Under the pieces are notes generated by a model that searched no databases, was not told where the DNA came from, and worked only from the letters and a program-made list of their open reading frames with translations. DNA of 64,000 nt from an uncultured bacterium (lineage in GTDB: Bacteria > Zixibacteria > MSB-5A5 > CAIYYT01): NCBI GenBank assembly GCA_963726455.1, contig CAVSCK010000004.1, forward strand, positions 1,376,001 to 1,440,000. The letters are read 5' to 3'. Positions 1 through 8,799 of the stretch are shown piece by piece. Both the position numbers and the translations under genes were made by a program. Each line of letters starts with the position of its first letter. Position 1 is the first letter of the stretch.

Positions 1-278
1 TTCGTCGCCAGGAGGGCATCGAGAATTGCGACCGAAGTGTGGGCATAGCCGCCAGGATTCATTATCACTCCAACATCCTTGCCGAGGAAACTGTGAATCA
101 GTTCGACGAATTCGCCTTCGGTGTTGAACTGGTGAAATTCAACGGTCAAGTTCAGACGGCGCGCGTAGTCCGCAATTTCTTTGTTGATCTGTTCAAGAGT
201 CTGACTGCCGTAGATCTCCGGCTCACGCTGCCCCAGCAGATTGAGGTTGGGACCGTGAATGACAACGATGTTCTTCAT
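1..278 (-). CDS. aroQ: Type II 3-dehydroquinate dehydratase (3' end runs off the window; not in the ORF track)
   Basis: Manual minus-strand translation from ATG at 278 gives MKNIVVIHGPNLNLLGQREPEIYGSQTL, the type II DHQase signature. ATGA overlap with the aroB stop. Confidence 0.95.
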   Translation of the reverse strand, partial: MKNIVVIHGPNLNLLGQREPEIYGSQTLEQINKEIADYARRLNLTVEFHQFNTEGEFVELIHSFLGKDVGVIMNPGGYAHTSVAILDALLAT

Positions 279-1360
279 TTCTGTATCATCTCCCCGGTTT
301 CCTGAAACGCCCTGGTAAACTGCCCTTCGGTGACCGTAGCCAGCCGATATGAGCCGCAAGCATTGAGCAGCACAAAATTGATTCTATCGCCCGACCTCTT
401 CTTGTCATGTTTGATCTTCTGCCAAAGCATTGATGCAGCTACGCCGTTCAGATCGAAACGACCATAGATCCCGGCGAAGCAATCCCAGATCATCTGGAAA
501 TCCTTTGCAGGAAGTGCGGCGATTCGCCTGGACAACACCAATGCAACGAGAATTCCCAACGTCACGGCTTTTCCATGCGACCAGCCGCAGACAACCTCGA
601 GTGCATGACCGGTCGTGTGTCCGAGATTCAGGATCTGCCTCTGCCCTTTCTCCAGTGGGTCAGAATTCACGATTGACAACTTCCCCTGAATGGCATCTGC
701 GATCATCGCATCGAGCCCCTGCCCTGCGATCAATTGCCCGGCTCTGATTGAATACTTGGAGAATAGTCGACGGTCGTAAGCGGCGAATACTTTCAGCGCT
801 TCCACCACACCATCTTTGATCTGGCTCGATCCCAGAGACGGCAGGAACATGTTATCACAGATAACCATTCTCGGTGGATAGATAGTGCCGACAACATTCT
901 TGGTATTGCCAAGATTGATTGCCGTTTTGCCGCCGATGGCCGCATCAACTTGCGCCAAAATCGTAGTGGGAACGGCAATGTAGGCGATTCCACGTTTGTA
1001 AGTGGATGCCGTCAAACCGGCAATATCGGTAACGACGCCGCCGCCGATCCCAATCAATAGACCTCCCCGATCCACTTCATGACTGTGCAGCCAGCGAAGC
1101 AAACTCAGGAAACGGTTGTACGATTTGTGCCGTTCGCCACGGGGGAAGGAATAGACCTCAGCGTTGCCGAGATAATTGTTCACCAATGCTGTGCCGTACA
1201 GCTCCATCACGCGCGCATCGATCACGGCATGCACGGAAGTGAAACTTCTTTCCAAATCTTCTGCCACAAGCTTGTTGAGCGCACCGGAACCACAATAGAC
1301 CGGTGACTTGACTTTCGGCAGTTGCGGCACGAACAGAAACTTCTTCACTCGCTCAACCAT
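275..1360 (-). CDS. aroB: 3-dehydroquinate synthase
   Basis: Motifs GGGVVTD, PTTILAQVDAAIGGKTAIN and LNLGHTTGHALE; aro operon context. Confidence 0.95.
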   Translation of the reverse strand: MVERVKKFLFVPQLPKVKSPVYCGSGALNKLVAEDLERSFTSVHAVIDARVMELYGTALVNNYLGNAEVYSFPRGERHKSYNRFLSLLRWLHSHEVDRGGLLIGIGGGVVTDIAGLTASTYKRGIAYIAVPTTILAQVDAAIGGKTAINLGNTKNVVGTIYPPRMVICDNMFLPSLGSSQIKDGVVEALKVFAAYDRRLFSKYSIRAGQLIAGQGLDAMIADAIQGKLSIVNSDPLEKGQRQILNLGHTTGHALEVVCGWSHGKAVTLGILVALVLSRRIAALPAKDFQMIWDCFAGIYGRFDLNGVAASMLWQKIKHDKKRSGDRINFVLLNACGSYRLATVTEGQFTRAFQETGEMIQK

Positions 1361-1878
1361 GTCATATAGAGTTCAATAACTTTGTCAGCCGCGGTTTCCA
1401 GACTATCCGTTCCGGTATCCACGCTGCAGCCAATGCTTTCGTAAATCGCTGCGCGTTCTTTATAGATTTCCTGTAGTCGCTCCTCCGGAACGCTGCCCTC
1501 CAGGAGCGGCCGATCCGTGGTGTTGGCAAGGCGTCCCGCCAGAATGTCGACGGGAGCGCGCAGAAGTATCACCATTCCGTTTTCCCGGGCGAGCTTCAGG
1601 TTCTCTGCGTTTGCCAGCATCCCACCGCCGGTCGCAACCACTTGAAGTTCGCGGCTGATTACTCCACTCAAAAGGGCTGCCTCGTTATCGCGAAAATAAT
1701 TCTCTCCTAATGTCGCGAAGATTTCCGAGATCGGCAATGAATGTCGGCGCTCGATTATAGCATCTGTGTCGATAAACATGTAGGCCAACTTTCGGGCAAC
1801 GATTTCGCCGATTGAGCTTTTGCCCGTCCCCATCATTCCGGTCAGGAAGATATTGCGTTTCTTAGCGTGAGCGAACAT
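1345..1878 (-). CDS. aroK: Shikimate kinase
   Basis: P-loop GMMGTGKS, DTD, GENYFR, ATGGG and RPLL motifs. Confidence 0.95.
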   Translation of the reverse strand: MFAHAKKRNIFLTGMMGTGKSSIGEIVARKLAYMFIDTDAIIERRHSLPISEIFATLGENYFRDNEAALLSGVISRELQVVATGGGMLANAENLKLARENGMVILLRAPVDILAGRLANTTDRPLLEGSVPEERLQEIYKERAAIYESIGCSVDTGTDSLETAADKVIELYMTWLSE

Positions 1879-2995
1879 ATCTCAGATAAGCGCGGTGATT
1901 GGCCAACACTTCCCGCATCGAATCGCCGCCAAATTTTTCGGACATCATCTCGGCAATGGCCAGGGCAATCACGGCCTCGCAAACGACACCCCCGGCCGGA
2001 ACAATGCAGATGTCTGACCGCACGTACGGCGCCGGAGTCGGGCGTTTTGTTTTCAGATTGACAGACGGCAGCGGCTTGCCCAAAGTCGAGATCGGTTTGA
2101 AATAGGCGCGAATTACCAGGTTTTCACCGTTGGTGATGCCGCCAACTATGCCACCGGCATTGTTCGTCGCGTGACGAAAACCAGATTTCTTTTCGTATGC
2201 GATCGAGTCGTGAATGTCACTCCCGAATGCGGACGCGGCAGCGATGCCGTTTCCGATTTCGATAGCTTTCACACTCGGCACGCTCATGATCGCGGCCGCC
2301 AGTCGGGTCGTTGCGCGCCTATCTGCCTGGGCATAACTTCCCAGACCGAGCGGCACGCCAGTCACTACGATCTCGCTGACGCCACCCAGGGTATCGTTTC
2401 GTTCCACTGCCTGATCGATAGCCCTGACCATTTCCGAAGCCACTTTCTTGTCGGCGCAGCGCACGGATGAGGATTCAATCTCGCGGAACACTTTGGAGCT
2501 GAACTTGACCGACTTGTCACAAACCACGTGTCCGATTTGTCGCGTGTGGGAATAGACCGTGATGCCGAACATATCCAGATACTGTTTGGCGACGTTGCCG
2601 GCCGCGGTGCGGGCTGCGGTTTCGCGCGCCGAGGAGCGTTCGATGGCGTCCTGGATGTCATCGAGATCGTATTTGAGATAACCAACAAGGTCGGCGTGTC
2701 CGGGGCGCGGCACGAGTTGCGGCTCCCGCTTTTGTCCCTTCCAGTTCTTCCAGTCCTTGTTCTGAATGAGTATGGCTATTGGGCTGCCGATGGTTTTTCC
2801 GTTGCGCACTCCGGCGGTCACAATCGCCGTATCCTGCTCGATTCGCATGCGGCGCCCGCGTCCGTAGCCCATTTGTCGGCGACGGAGGTCAATCGTGATC
2901 GCATTCGCGTCGAGTTTCAGTCCCGACGGGATGCCTTCGACAATGGCGGTCAGCATCGGTCCGTGAGATTCGCCGGCAGTCAAATATCTAATCAT
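1862..2995 (-). CDS. aroC: Chorismate synthase
   Basis: MIRYLTAGESHG, RPGHAD, ERSSARETA and KPISTL motifs. Start placed at the conserved N-terminus. Confidence 0.97.
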   Translation of the reverse strand: MIRYLTAGESHGPMLTAIVEGIPSGLKLDANAITIDLRRRQMGYGRGRRMRIEQDTAIVTAGVRNGKTIGSPIAILIQNKDWKNWKGQKREPQLVPRPGHADLVGYLKYDLDDIQDAIERSSARETAARTAAGNVAKQYLDMFGITVYSHTRQIGHVVCDKSVKFSSKVFREIESSSVRCADKKVASEMVRAIDQAVERNDTLGGVSEIVVTGVPLGLGSYAQADRRATTRLAAAIMSVPSVKAIEIGNGIAAASAFGSDIHDSIAYEKKSGFRHATNNAGGIVGGITNGENLVIRAYFKPISTLGKPLPSVNLKTKRPTPAPYVRSDICIVPAGGVVCEAVIALAIAEMMSEKFGGDSMREVLANHRAYLRYVRSR

Positions 2996-3803
2996 GATAC
3001 ACGGCTCCATCGATGATCTTCATTATGCGGTTGACGTTTACCTCCCGGCCGGTCATGATCTTGAAATTCCTGGCGGCCTGCACGGCGAGCATGTAATTGC
3101 CCCGTAGATGGCCGCGCTTGACCAGATCGTAATTGCCGTATCGCAGTTCGAAAATCCTTTTCACTTTCTTGAGAGCATCCTCGTCAACTATATCAGTTAT
3201 CGGAACGGGCGTGCAATTGATGCAGAGGTCGCACTCACGAAGATCATCAATGCGGCCTTCAAGCAGCGCCTGGCGATACTGCGATGTCCGTTTTAGTTTA
3301 CGCACGAACGTTCCGAAACGCAGCAGGGAAACCGTGGAATGGTGATAAACGCTGATGCTGGCGGCTCCTCGGGAGGCGAGATAATAGTAAACGGTTTGAG
3401 CGGTTCCGCCGGAACCGATTACGGCGACCTTCGAACTCTTGGCGGCGAATTTCAGGCGCGTCTCGATGCTTTGCCTGATGCCGTCATAATCGGTGTTGTA
3501 ACCGACGAGAACGCCTTTGCGGTTGATCACGAGATTGACCGATTGCGTTTGCTCGGCCACCCAGTCAAGGCGGTCGAGCAGCGGCAGGACAGCGCGTTTG
3601 TGCGGGATAGTGATATTGAATCCGGCGAGCGGCAGCAGACGGACGGCCTTGATGAAGTCCGGCAAGTCTGACGTCGCCAGATCGAACACTTTGTAGACTG
3701 CGGCAATCTTCTTGAACGAGAACAGCTCGGCATAGATATCAGGCGAAAGCGAATAGCCGATGTTGGCGCCGATGATTCCGTAGATGTCAGTGTTGGTTGC
3801 CAT
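2988..3803 (-). CDS. aroE: Shikimate dehydrogenase
   Basis: SLSP, GFNITIPHK, GYNTD and GSGG motifs. Start moved to ATG 3803 because the longer ORF runs into repeat DNA and a promoter-like sequence precedes 3803. Confidence 0.9.
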   Translation of the reverse strand: MATNTDIYGIIGANIGYSLSPDIYAELFSFKKIAAVYKVFDLATSDLPDFIKAVRLLPLAGFNITIPHKRAVLPLLDRLDWVAEQTQSVNLVINRKGVLVGYNTDYDGIRQSIETRLKFAAKSSKVAVIGSGGTAQTVYYYLASRGAASISVYHHSTVSLLRFGTFVRKLKRTSQYRQALLEGRIDDLRECDLCINCTPVPITDIVDEDALKKVKRIFELRYGNYDLVKRGHLRGNYMLAVQAARNFKIMTGREVNVNRIMKIIDGAVYHD

Positions 3804-3814
3804 GACTGCCGGGT

Positions 3815-3843
3815 ATGATAGATACCTGGATTGGAAATCGCAA
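3815..3843 (-). promoter_or_regulatory. Putative sigma70 promoter of the aro operon
   Basis: TTGCGA-17 nt-TATCAT, with 11 nt between the -10 box and the aroE ATG; no SD. Confidence 0.55.
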
Positions 3844-3881
3844 CGGGAACGTTGAGTGGTTGGAGCGTGAAGAAGGTGTGG

Positions 3882-4013
3882 GGTCACATCAATATAGACA
3901 ATGTCGGGTTTCTCACTCGGTGATCTATCCACGGCGTTCGCAAGATCGAGCCGGTCTTTCGAAGTGACCTGTCTGATTGCCAAAGCAGCGTTCGGAACCC
4001 GACCTGTTTTGCT
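3882..4013. repeat. Intergenic repeat A, copy 1 (MITE/REP-like, ~130 bp)
   Basis: Near-identical to 4483-4614. Internal inverted repeat GTCGGGTT (3903-3910) / AACCCGAC (3996-4003). Confidence 0.85.
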
Positions 4014-4036
4014 GTAACAAGACTAATTTCAGAATG

Positions 4037-4424
4037 AGCCTGGATTCCCACCTTCGTGGGAATGACACGCCCACGACGGTCGCCTCATTGGGGGATGGAT
4101 GTCACGCAATCAACCCACCGCAAGCGGTGGGGCACCCAAGCAACGTTCTACGCGGAGTGGGGTATCGGTCAGGTTGAGGGGAGCTGTTGTTTTCGGGAAG
4201 TCCCGCTCGCTGAGTGGGGTAGCGAGTCAAACCAGCCTGGATTCCCACCTTCGTGGGAATGACACGTTCGCGACGGTCGCCTTTTTGGGGGATGGATGTC
4301 ACGCAATCAACCCACCGCAAGCGGTGGGGCACCCAAGCAACGTTCTACGCGGAGTGGGGTATCGGTCAGGTTGACGGGAGCTGTTGATTTCGGGAAGTCC
4401 CACTTGTTGAGTGAGGTACCGGGT
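4037..4424. repeat. Tandem repeat B, two copies with 197 bp period, each with two perfect hairpins
   Basis: 4037-4233 vs 4234-~4424. Hairpins ATTCCCAC-CTTC-GTGGGAAT (4044-4063, 4241-4260) and CCCACCG-CAAG-CGGTGGG (4114-4131, 4311-4328). Confidence 0.9.
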
Positions 4425-4429
4425 TTGGC

Positions 4430-4467
4430 AGGACCTGACACAACGGTAAAGGCCCGACACAACGGCA
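4430..4467. repeat. Two tandem 19-bp units (repeat C)
   Basis: AGGACCTGACACAACGGTA and AAGGCCCGACACAACGGCA. Confidence 0.7.
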
Positions 4468-4482
4468 AACCCGACGTTCGCC

Positions 4483-4614
4483 GGTCGCATCAACATAGAC
4501 AATGTCGGGTTTCTCACTCGGTGATCTATCCACGGCGTTCCCAAGATCAAGCCGGTCTTTCGAAATGGCCTGTCTGATTGCCAAATCAGCGTTCCGAACC
4601 CGACCTGCTTTGCT
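4483..4614. repeat. Intergenic repeat A, copy 2
   Basis: Direct repeat of 3882-4013 at 601 bp offset. Confidence 0.85.
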
Positions 4615-4622
4615 CAACGTTA

Positions 4623-4660
4623 AAGACCTAACACAGCAGCAAAGACTCGACACAACGGCA
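4623..4660. repeat. Two tandem degenerate 19-bp units (repeat C)
   Basis: AAGACCTAACACAGCAGCA and AAGACTCGACACAACGGCA. Confidence 0.65.
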
Positions 4661-4698
4661 AGTTCGCCTGAGATGACAAGAGATGTCAGCAAGAAGAC

Positions 4699-4733
4699 AA
4701 AAAGAAATCCGGCAGAGGAAATCCCTGCCGGAT
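4699..4733 (-). terminator. Intrinsic terminator after secG
   Basis: Stem ATCCGGCAG/CTGCCGGAT followed on the minus strand by TTCTTTTT. Confidence 0.8.
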
Positions 4734-4757
4734 AATATCTGTTACACCAGTCAGAAA

Positions 4758-5138
4758 CTAATTTCCGCCTGACGGTGGTGTTGTTTGCTGGGTTCCCTGC
4801 TGCTGACCACCTTGCGCGGGCGCCGGTGTCGGAGCAGGAGCCTGGACCGGTTGTTCGGTCGCCATGCGTTCAACGGCAGATTCGCCGGCAGCAGCAGCCG
4901 CGGAACGGCCTCGGGCAACCAGCGTCAGCGAGATGCAGGATATCATGAACAGAATAGCCAGGGCAGTAGTAGCTTTGGAAAGAAACGTGGCTGCACCCCG
5001 ACCGCCAAACACGGCGCCACTCAAACCGCCGCCGCCAAATGCGCCCGCTAATCCTTCGCCTTTCGCGGACTGCATAAGCACCACGAGTATCAGACCGCTG
5101 CAAATAATGATGTGGATGATGATGAGAATTGCGAACAC
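4758..5138 (-). CDS. secG: Preprotein translocase subunit SecG
   Basis: Two TM helices, VLMQSAKGEGLAGAFGG and FLSKAT; downstream of tpiA, the usual position. Confidence 0.95.
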   Translation of the reverse strand: MFAILIIIHIIICSGLILVVLMQSAKGEGLAGAFGGGGLSGAVFGGRGAATFLSKATTALAILFMISCISLTLVARGRSAAAAAGESAVERMATEQPVQAPAPTPAPAQGGQQQGTQQTTPPSGGN

Positions 5139-5153
5139 TTAACTTTCCTCCTG

Positions 5154-5909
5154 CTACCGTCGAGCCGCCGCAATAATTTTATTGAACGACTCTGCTGTTA
5201 AACTGGCTCCGCCGACCAAACCTCCGTCGATATTCGGCTGCCCGAACAGTTCGCGCGCGTTGTCGGGCTTGATGGAACCGCCGTACAAAAGCAGTACGTT
5301 GTCGACCACTGAGCCGTAACGATCACGCAGCACCGCCCGGATGTACCCGTGAACCTCCTCTGCCTGATGAGGCGAAGCGGTTTTTCCGGTACCGATTGCC
5401 CAGACAGGTTCGTAGGCAATCACCGTACGCCGAAAGTCGTCGGCCGGAACGCCATCCAAAGATCCAAGTACCTGGCTCTGAACCACATTCATCGTCTCAC
5501 CGGCTTCTCTTTGAGTCAAAGTCTCGCCGACACAGACGATCGGGTTCAGGCCTAGCGACAACGCCTTCTTGAGTTTCTGGTTGACAAGCATGTCGGTCTC
5601 AAAAAAGAGCTGCCGTCGTTCCGAATGTCCCAAAATAACAAAAGAGCAGCCCAGCGTCAACAGCATTTTCCCGCTCACCTCGCCGGTGAATGCTCCCTCG
5701 TCCTCCCAGTGCATGTTCTGAGCGCCTACTGCAACAGCCGACCCTTTGACCACCGCGACCGCCTGGGCAAGCGAAGTAAACGGCGGACAGACAACGACTT
5801 GCGGATCGGCAGAAGAACCGACAAACTCGGCGACGCCTTTAGCTAAGGCCGCCGCCTTGTCGGGCGTCGTATACATTTTCCAATTTCCGGCGACAAGTTT
5901 CTTTCTCAT
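5154..5909 (-). CDS. tpiA: Triosephosphate isomerase
   Basis: AGNWKM, GHSERR, AYEPVWAIGTG and LVGGASL motifs. Confidence 0.98.
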   Translation of the reverse strand: MRKKLVAGNWKMYTTPDKAAALAKGVAEFVGSSADPQVVVCPPFTSLAQAVAVVKGSAVAVGAQNMHWEDEGAFTGEVSGKMLLTLGCSFVILGHSERRQLFFETDMLVNQKLKKALSLGLNPIVCVGETLTQREAGETMNVVQSQVLGSLDGVPADDFRRTVIAYEPVWAIGTGKTASPHQAEEVHGYIRAVLRDRYGSVVDNVLLLYGGSIKPDNARELFGQPNIDGGLVGGASLTAESFNKIIAAARR

Positions 5910-5916
5910 TTTGCGC

Positions 5917-7113
5917 TCACTTCCTGTCCGTTAGTGCCGCCACTCCGGGCAGCACCTTGCCTTCAAGGAATTCCAAAGACGCACCGCCACCGGTGGAAAC
6001 ATGCGAGAACTTGTCCTCCAGTCCCGCCTTGGCGACCGCGGCCGCAGAATCACCGCCACCGACGATCGTAATCGCACCGGCTCCGGTCAAGTCTGCCAGT
6101 ACCTGCGCCATTTTCATCGTGCCGACCGCGAACTTCTCGTTTTCGAATACGCCCATCGGTCCGTTCCAGACTACGGTCTTGCAACCAGCCAACTCCGACG
6201 CAAACAGCTTGATTGTCTCGGGGCCGATATCAAGTCCCTTCAGATTGGCGGGAATTTTACCTGCCGGACAATTTGTCACTTGGACTGAATCGGAGATTTC
6301 CGGGGCGCAGGCGAAATCAACCGGAAGGATCAGCTTTACATTCTTGGACACTGCTTGTTTAAGCACGTCACCGGCTAGCTCAACTTTGTCGGCTTCCAAA
6401 AGTGAACCACCGATTTCCTGTCCTTGCGCTTTCTCGAATGTGAACGCCATCCCGCCGCCGATAATGATTTTGTCAACTTTACCAAGCAGGTTGGTGATGA
6501 CATCGATCTTGCCGGAAATTTTGGCGCCGCCCAGAAGAGCCACGAAAGGCCGCTGGGGATTCGCCAGCGCGTTACCCAGGTAGTCGAGTTCCTTTTTCAT
6601 CAGGTAGCCCGCCGCGGACTGATCGAAGTAGCGTGTCACACCCTCGGTCGAAGCATGCGCACGATGGGCGGTGCCGAAAGCATCGTTGATATAGACATCG
6701 CCCAGGTATGCGAGTTTCTGCGCGAATTCAGGATTGTTCTCTTCTTCCTCAGGATGGAACCGCAGATTCTCAAGCAAAAGAATCTCACCGTTCTTGAGGT
6801 TTGCCGCCGCCTGTTCAGCTTCCGGGCCGATGCAATCGTTGACGAAGTAAACCTTGTGGCCGCTCAGCTTTTCCAAAATACTCGCCACCGGCTTAAGACT
6901 CATTTTGGGAACTACCTGCCCGTCAGGCCGGCCCAGATGCGACATCAGTATGAGCTTGCCGCCTGACTGCACGACCTTGTTGATCGAAGGCAAAGATGCT
7001 CTGATGCGCAAGTCGTCTTTGACCACGCCGTCCTTCAACGGGACATTGAAGTCGACCCGCATCAGAACCTTGCGGCCCGCCAATTGCAAATCGTCAATCG
7101 TTAGCTTGTTCAT
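5917..7113 (-). CDS. pgk: Phosphoglycerate kinase
   Basis: [22 protein letters not shown] and STGGGASLE motifs. Confidence 0.98.
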   Translation of the reverse strand: MNKLTIDDLQLAGRKVLMRVDFNVPLKDGVVKDDLRIRASLPSINKVVQSGGKLILMSHLGRPDGQVVPKMSLKPVASILEKLSGHKVYFVNDCIGPEAEQAAANLKNGEILLLENLRFHPEEEENNPEFAQKLAYLGDVYINDAFGTAHRAHASTEGVTRYFDQSAAGYLMKKELDYLGNALANPQRPFVALLGGAKISGKIDVITNLLGKVDKIIIGGGMAFTFEKAQGQEIGGSLLEADKVELAGDVLKQAVSKNVKLILPVDFACAPEISDSVQVTNCPAGKIPANLKGLDIGPETIKLFASELAGCKTVVWNGPMGVFENEKFAVGTMKMAQVLADLTGAGAITIVGGGDSAAAVAKAGLEDKFSHVSTGGGASLEFLEGKVLPGVAALTDRK

Positions 7114-7114
7114 A

Positions 7115-8107
7115 CTACATCATCCGCTCCAAAGCGTCGACCATGCGGCAGGAGAATCCCCACTCGTTGTCGTACCAGGAGAACACCTTCGCAAACTGGC
7201 CGTTGGCCTGTGTCATCAACGAGTCGAACACGGAGGAATGTGTGTTGCCGACCACGTCAATCGACACCAGCGGTTCCTCGGTGTACTCCAGGATGCCTTT
7301 CAGCGGACCTGCCGCGGCGGCTTTGATAGCGCTGTTGATTGATTCCCTGGTGACTTCTTTTCTCAACCAGACTGCAAGATCAATCAGCGAACCATCCGGG
7401 GTCGGCACGCGCACGGAGCAGCCGTCCATCCGACCCTTCATCTCCGGGATAACTTCGGCGATGGCTTTGGCGGCGCCGGTGGTAGTCGGAATCATCGACA
7501 TCGAGGCGGCACGCGCACGGCGCAAATCTTTATGCGGAAGATCGAGAATTCGTTGATCGTTGGTGAAGGCATGAATCGTGGTCATGAAACCCTTTTCGAT
7601 ACCGAAGGTGTCGTTGAGCACTTTGACCACAGGCGCGAGGCCGTTAGTGGTGCAGGAGCCGATCGAGATAATGTTGTGTTTGGCTTTGTCGTATTGATCG
7701 AAATTGACACCGAACACGAAGGTACCGTCAGGCTGCTTCGCAGGTGCGGATATCAAAACCTTCTTTGCGCCCGCCGCCAGATGTTTTTCGGCGCCGGCAC
7801 GGTCGGTGAATTTGCCCGTCGATTCTACAACTACCTGCGCGCCACTACCACCGTGATTCAATTTGGCGGGATCAAGTTCTTTCGTGATCTTGATTGTCTT
7901 GCCGTTGATGACGAGATTCTCGCCTTCAACCTTCACTTCGCCTTTGAACTTCCCGTGAATGGAATCATACTTGAATAAGTGCGCTAGCGTCGGCGCATCG
8001 GTGATATCGTTGATCGTGACGAACTCCAATTTGCCCGAGCCGATCGCTATTCTGATTATCTGTCTGCCAATTCTGCCAAAACCATTGATCGCAATCTTGG
8101 TTGCCAT
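7115..8107 (-). CDS. gap: Glyceraldehyde-3-phosphate dehydrogenase, type I
   Basis: [23 protein letters not shown] and WYDNEWG motifs. Confidence 0.98.
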   Translation of the reverse strand: MATKIAINGFGRIGRQIIRIAIGSGKLEFVTINDITDAPTLAHLFKYDSIHGKFKGEVKVEGENLVINGKTIKITKELDPAKLNHGGSGAQVVVESTGKFTDRAGAEKHLAAGAKKVLISAPAKQPDGTFVFGVNFDQYDKAKHNIISIGSCTTNGLAPVVKVLNDTFGIEKGFMTTIHAFTNDQRILDLPHKDLRRARAASMSMIPTTTGAAKAIAEVIPEMKGRMDGCSVRVPTPDGSLIDLAVWLRKEVTRESINSAIKAAAAGPLKGILEYTEEPLVSIDVVGNTHSSVFDSLMTQANGQFAKVFSWYDNEWGFSCRMVDALERMM

Positions 8108-8120
8108 GAGGTCTCCCTTC

Positions 8121-8799
8121 CTATTTTTTCTTATGGAGCTTGAAATATCCTATACCGACAGTAATCTGCACGCCGGAGTAATCCTTGATTCCGGCGATGT
8201 AGTCCGAAAACTGGGTTCTAATATACTTGACCATGAAATCAAGTTGAATGCTCTCCGAAAGTGGAATCTCGCTACCGACACCGAGCCACCAGTTGAAATT
8301 GGTCGATGAACGCACGGAGCCGTTTTCCAGAGGGGTATAATAGGCAACATTGTTGCCAATCTCGGCTGTTTCGCGGCCGACGATCAGCGCCCCGCCACCT
8401 TCGATAAATGGCATGTTACGGATCGGGAAACGCGCCATGAAAGGCGATAATTTCAGTCCGACTTGTATTGGATAGACAATCGCCTGCCCGACGAAGGTTC
8501 CGTAGTAGGTTGAATCGTTGATAAAGGTCAAAGCGAATGTCCCCCTTCGAGTAGCTGGCGAGATTGGCCACCAGCGCCAGATAATCGGTGACGTAGTAAT
8601 TTACGTAGGCCTCAATGTATATCACATTGCGGTTGGCGAATACCTGAACGTCGCTTTTGGATAGGTCTATTTGATTGTGGCTTTGATCGTAGAAACCCAG
8701 GCGTATCCCGACCCCGGACGTTCCCTTTGGCTGACCCCCGAAAGCGCCAATCGACAACAGGAGGATTATTCCTGCGGTCGCCAGCGTGCGTCTAGCCAA
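8121..8799 (-). pseudogene. Frameshifted outer-membrane beta-barrel-like protein (ORFs 8416-8799 and 8121-8531 appear to be one gene)
   Basis: The 5' ORF has a signal peptide and amphipathic strands. The +1 frame continues with barrel-like strands (PIQVGLKL, PFIEGGG, GVQITVGIGY). Total span is 679 nt = 3n+1. Confidence 0.7.

Noticed and set aside
39-305. 88 aa + strand ORF
   Set aside because: Antisense to aroQ, which carries the clear family motif.
3804-3983. N-terminal extension of AroE
   Set aside because: It reads through repeat A; a promoter-like sequence and the family N-terminus support ATG 3803.
3882-4660. CRISPR array
   Set aside because: Whole units including the linkers are repeated, so there are no unique spacers; periods are irregular and no cas genes are present.
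3977-4735. Several 66-108 aa ORFs in the repeat region
   Set aside because: They overlap on both strands, are translations of repeats, and have no SD or protein motif.
8527-8533. CTTTGAC, identical to the prfB frameshift site, on the minus strand
   Set aside because: CTT-TGA is not in the reading frame of the upstream ORF, which reads CGC TTT GAC, so the RF2 mechanism cannot apply.
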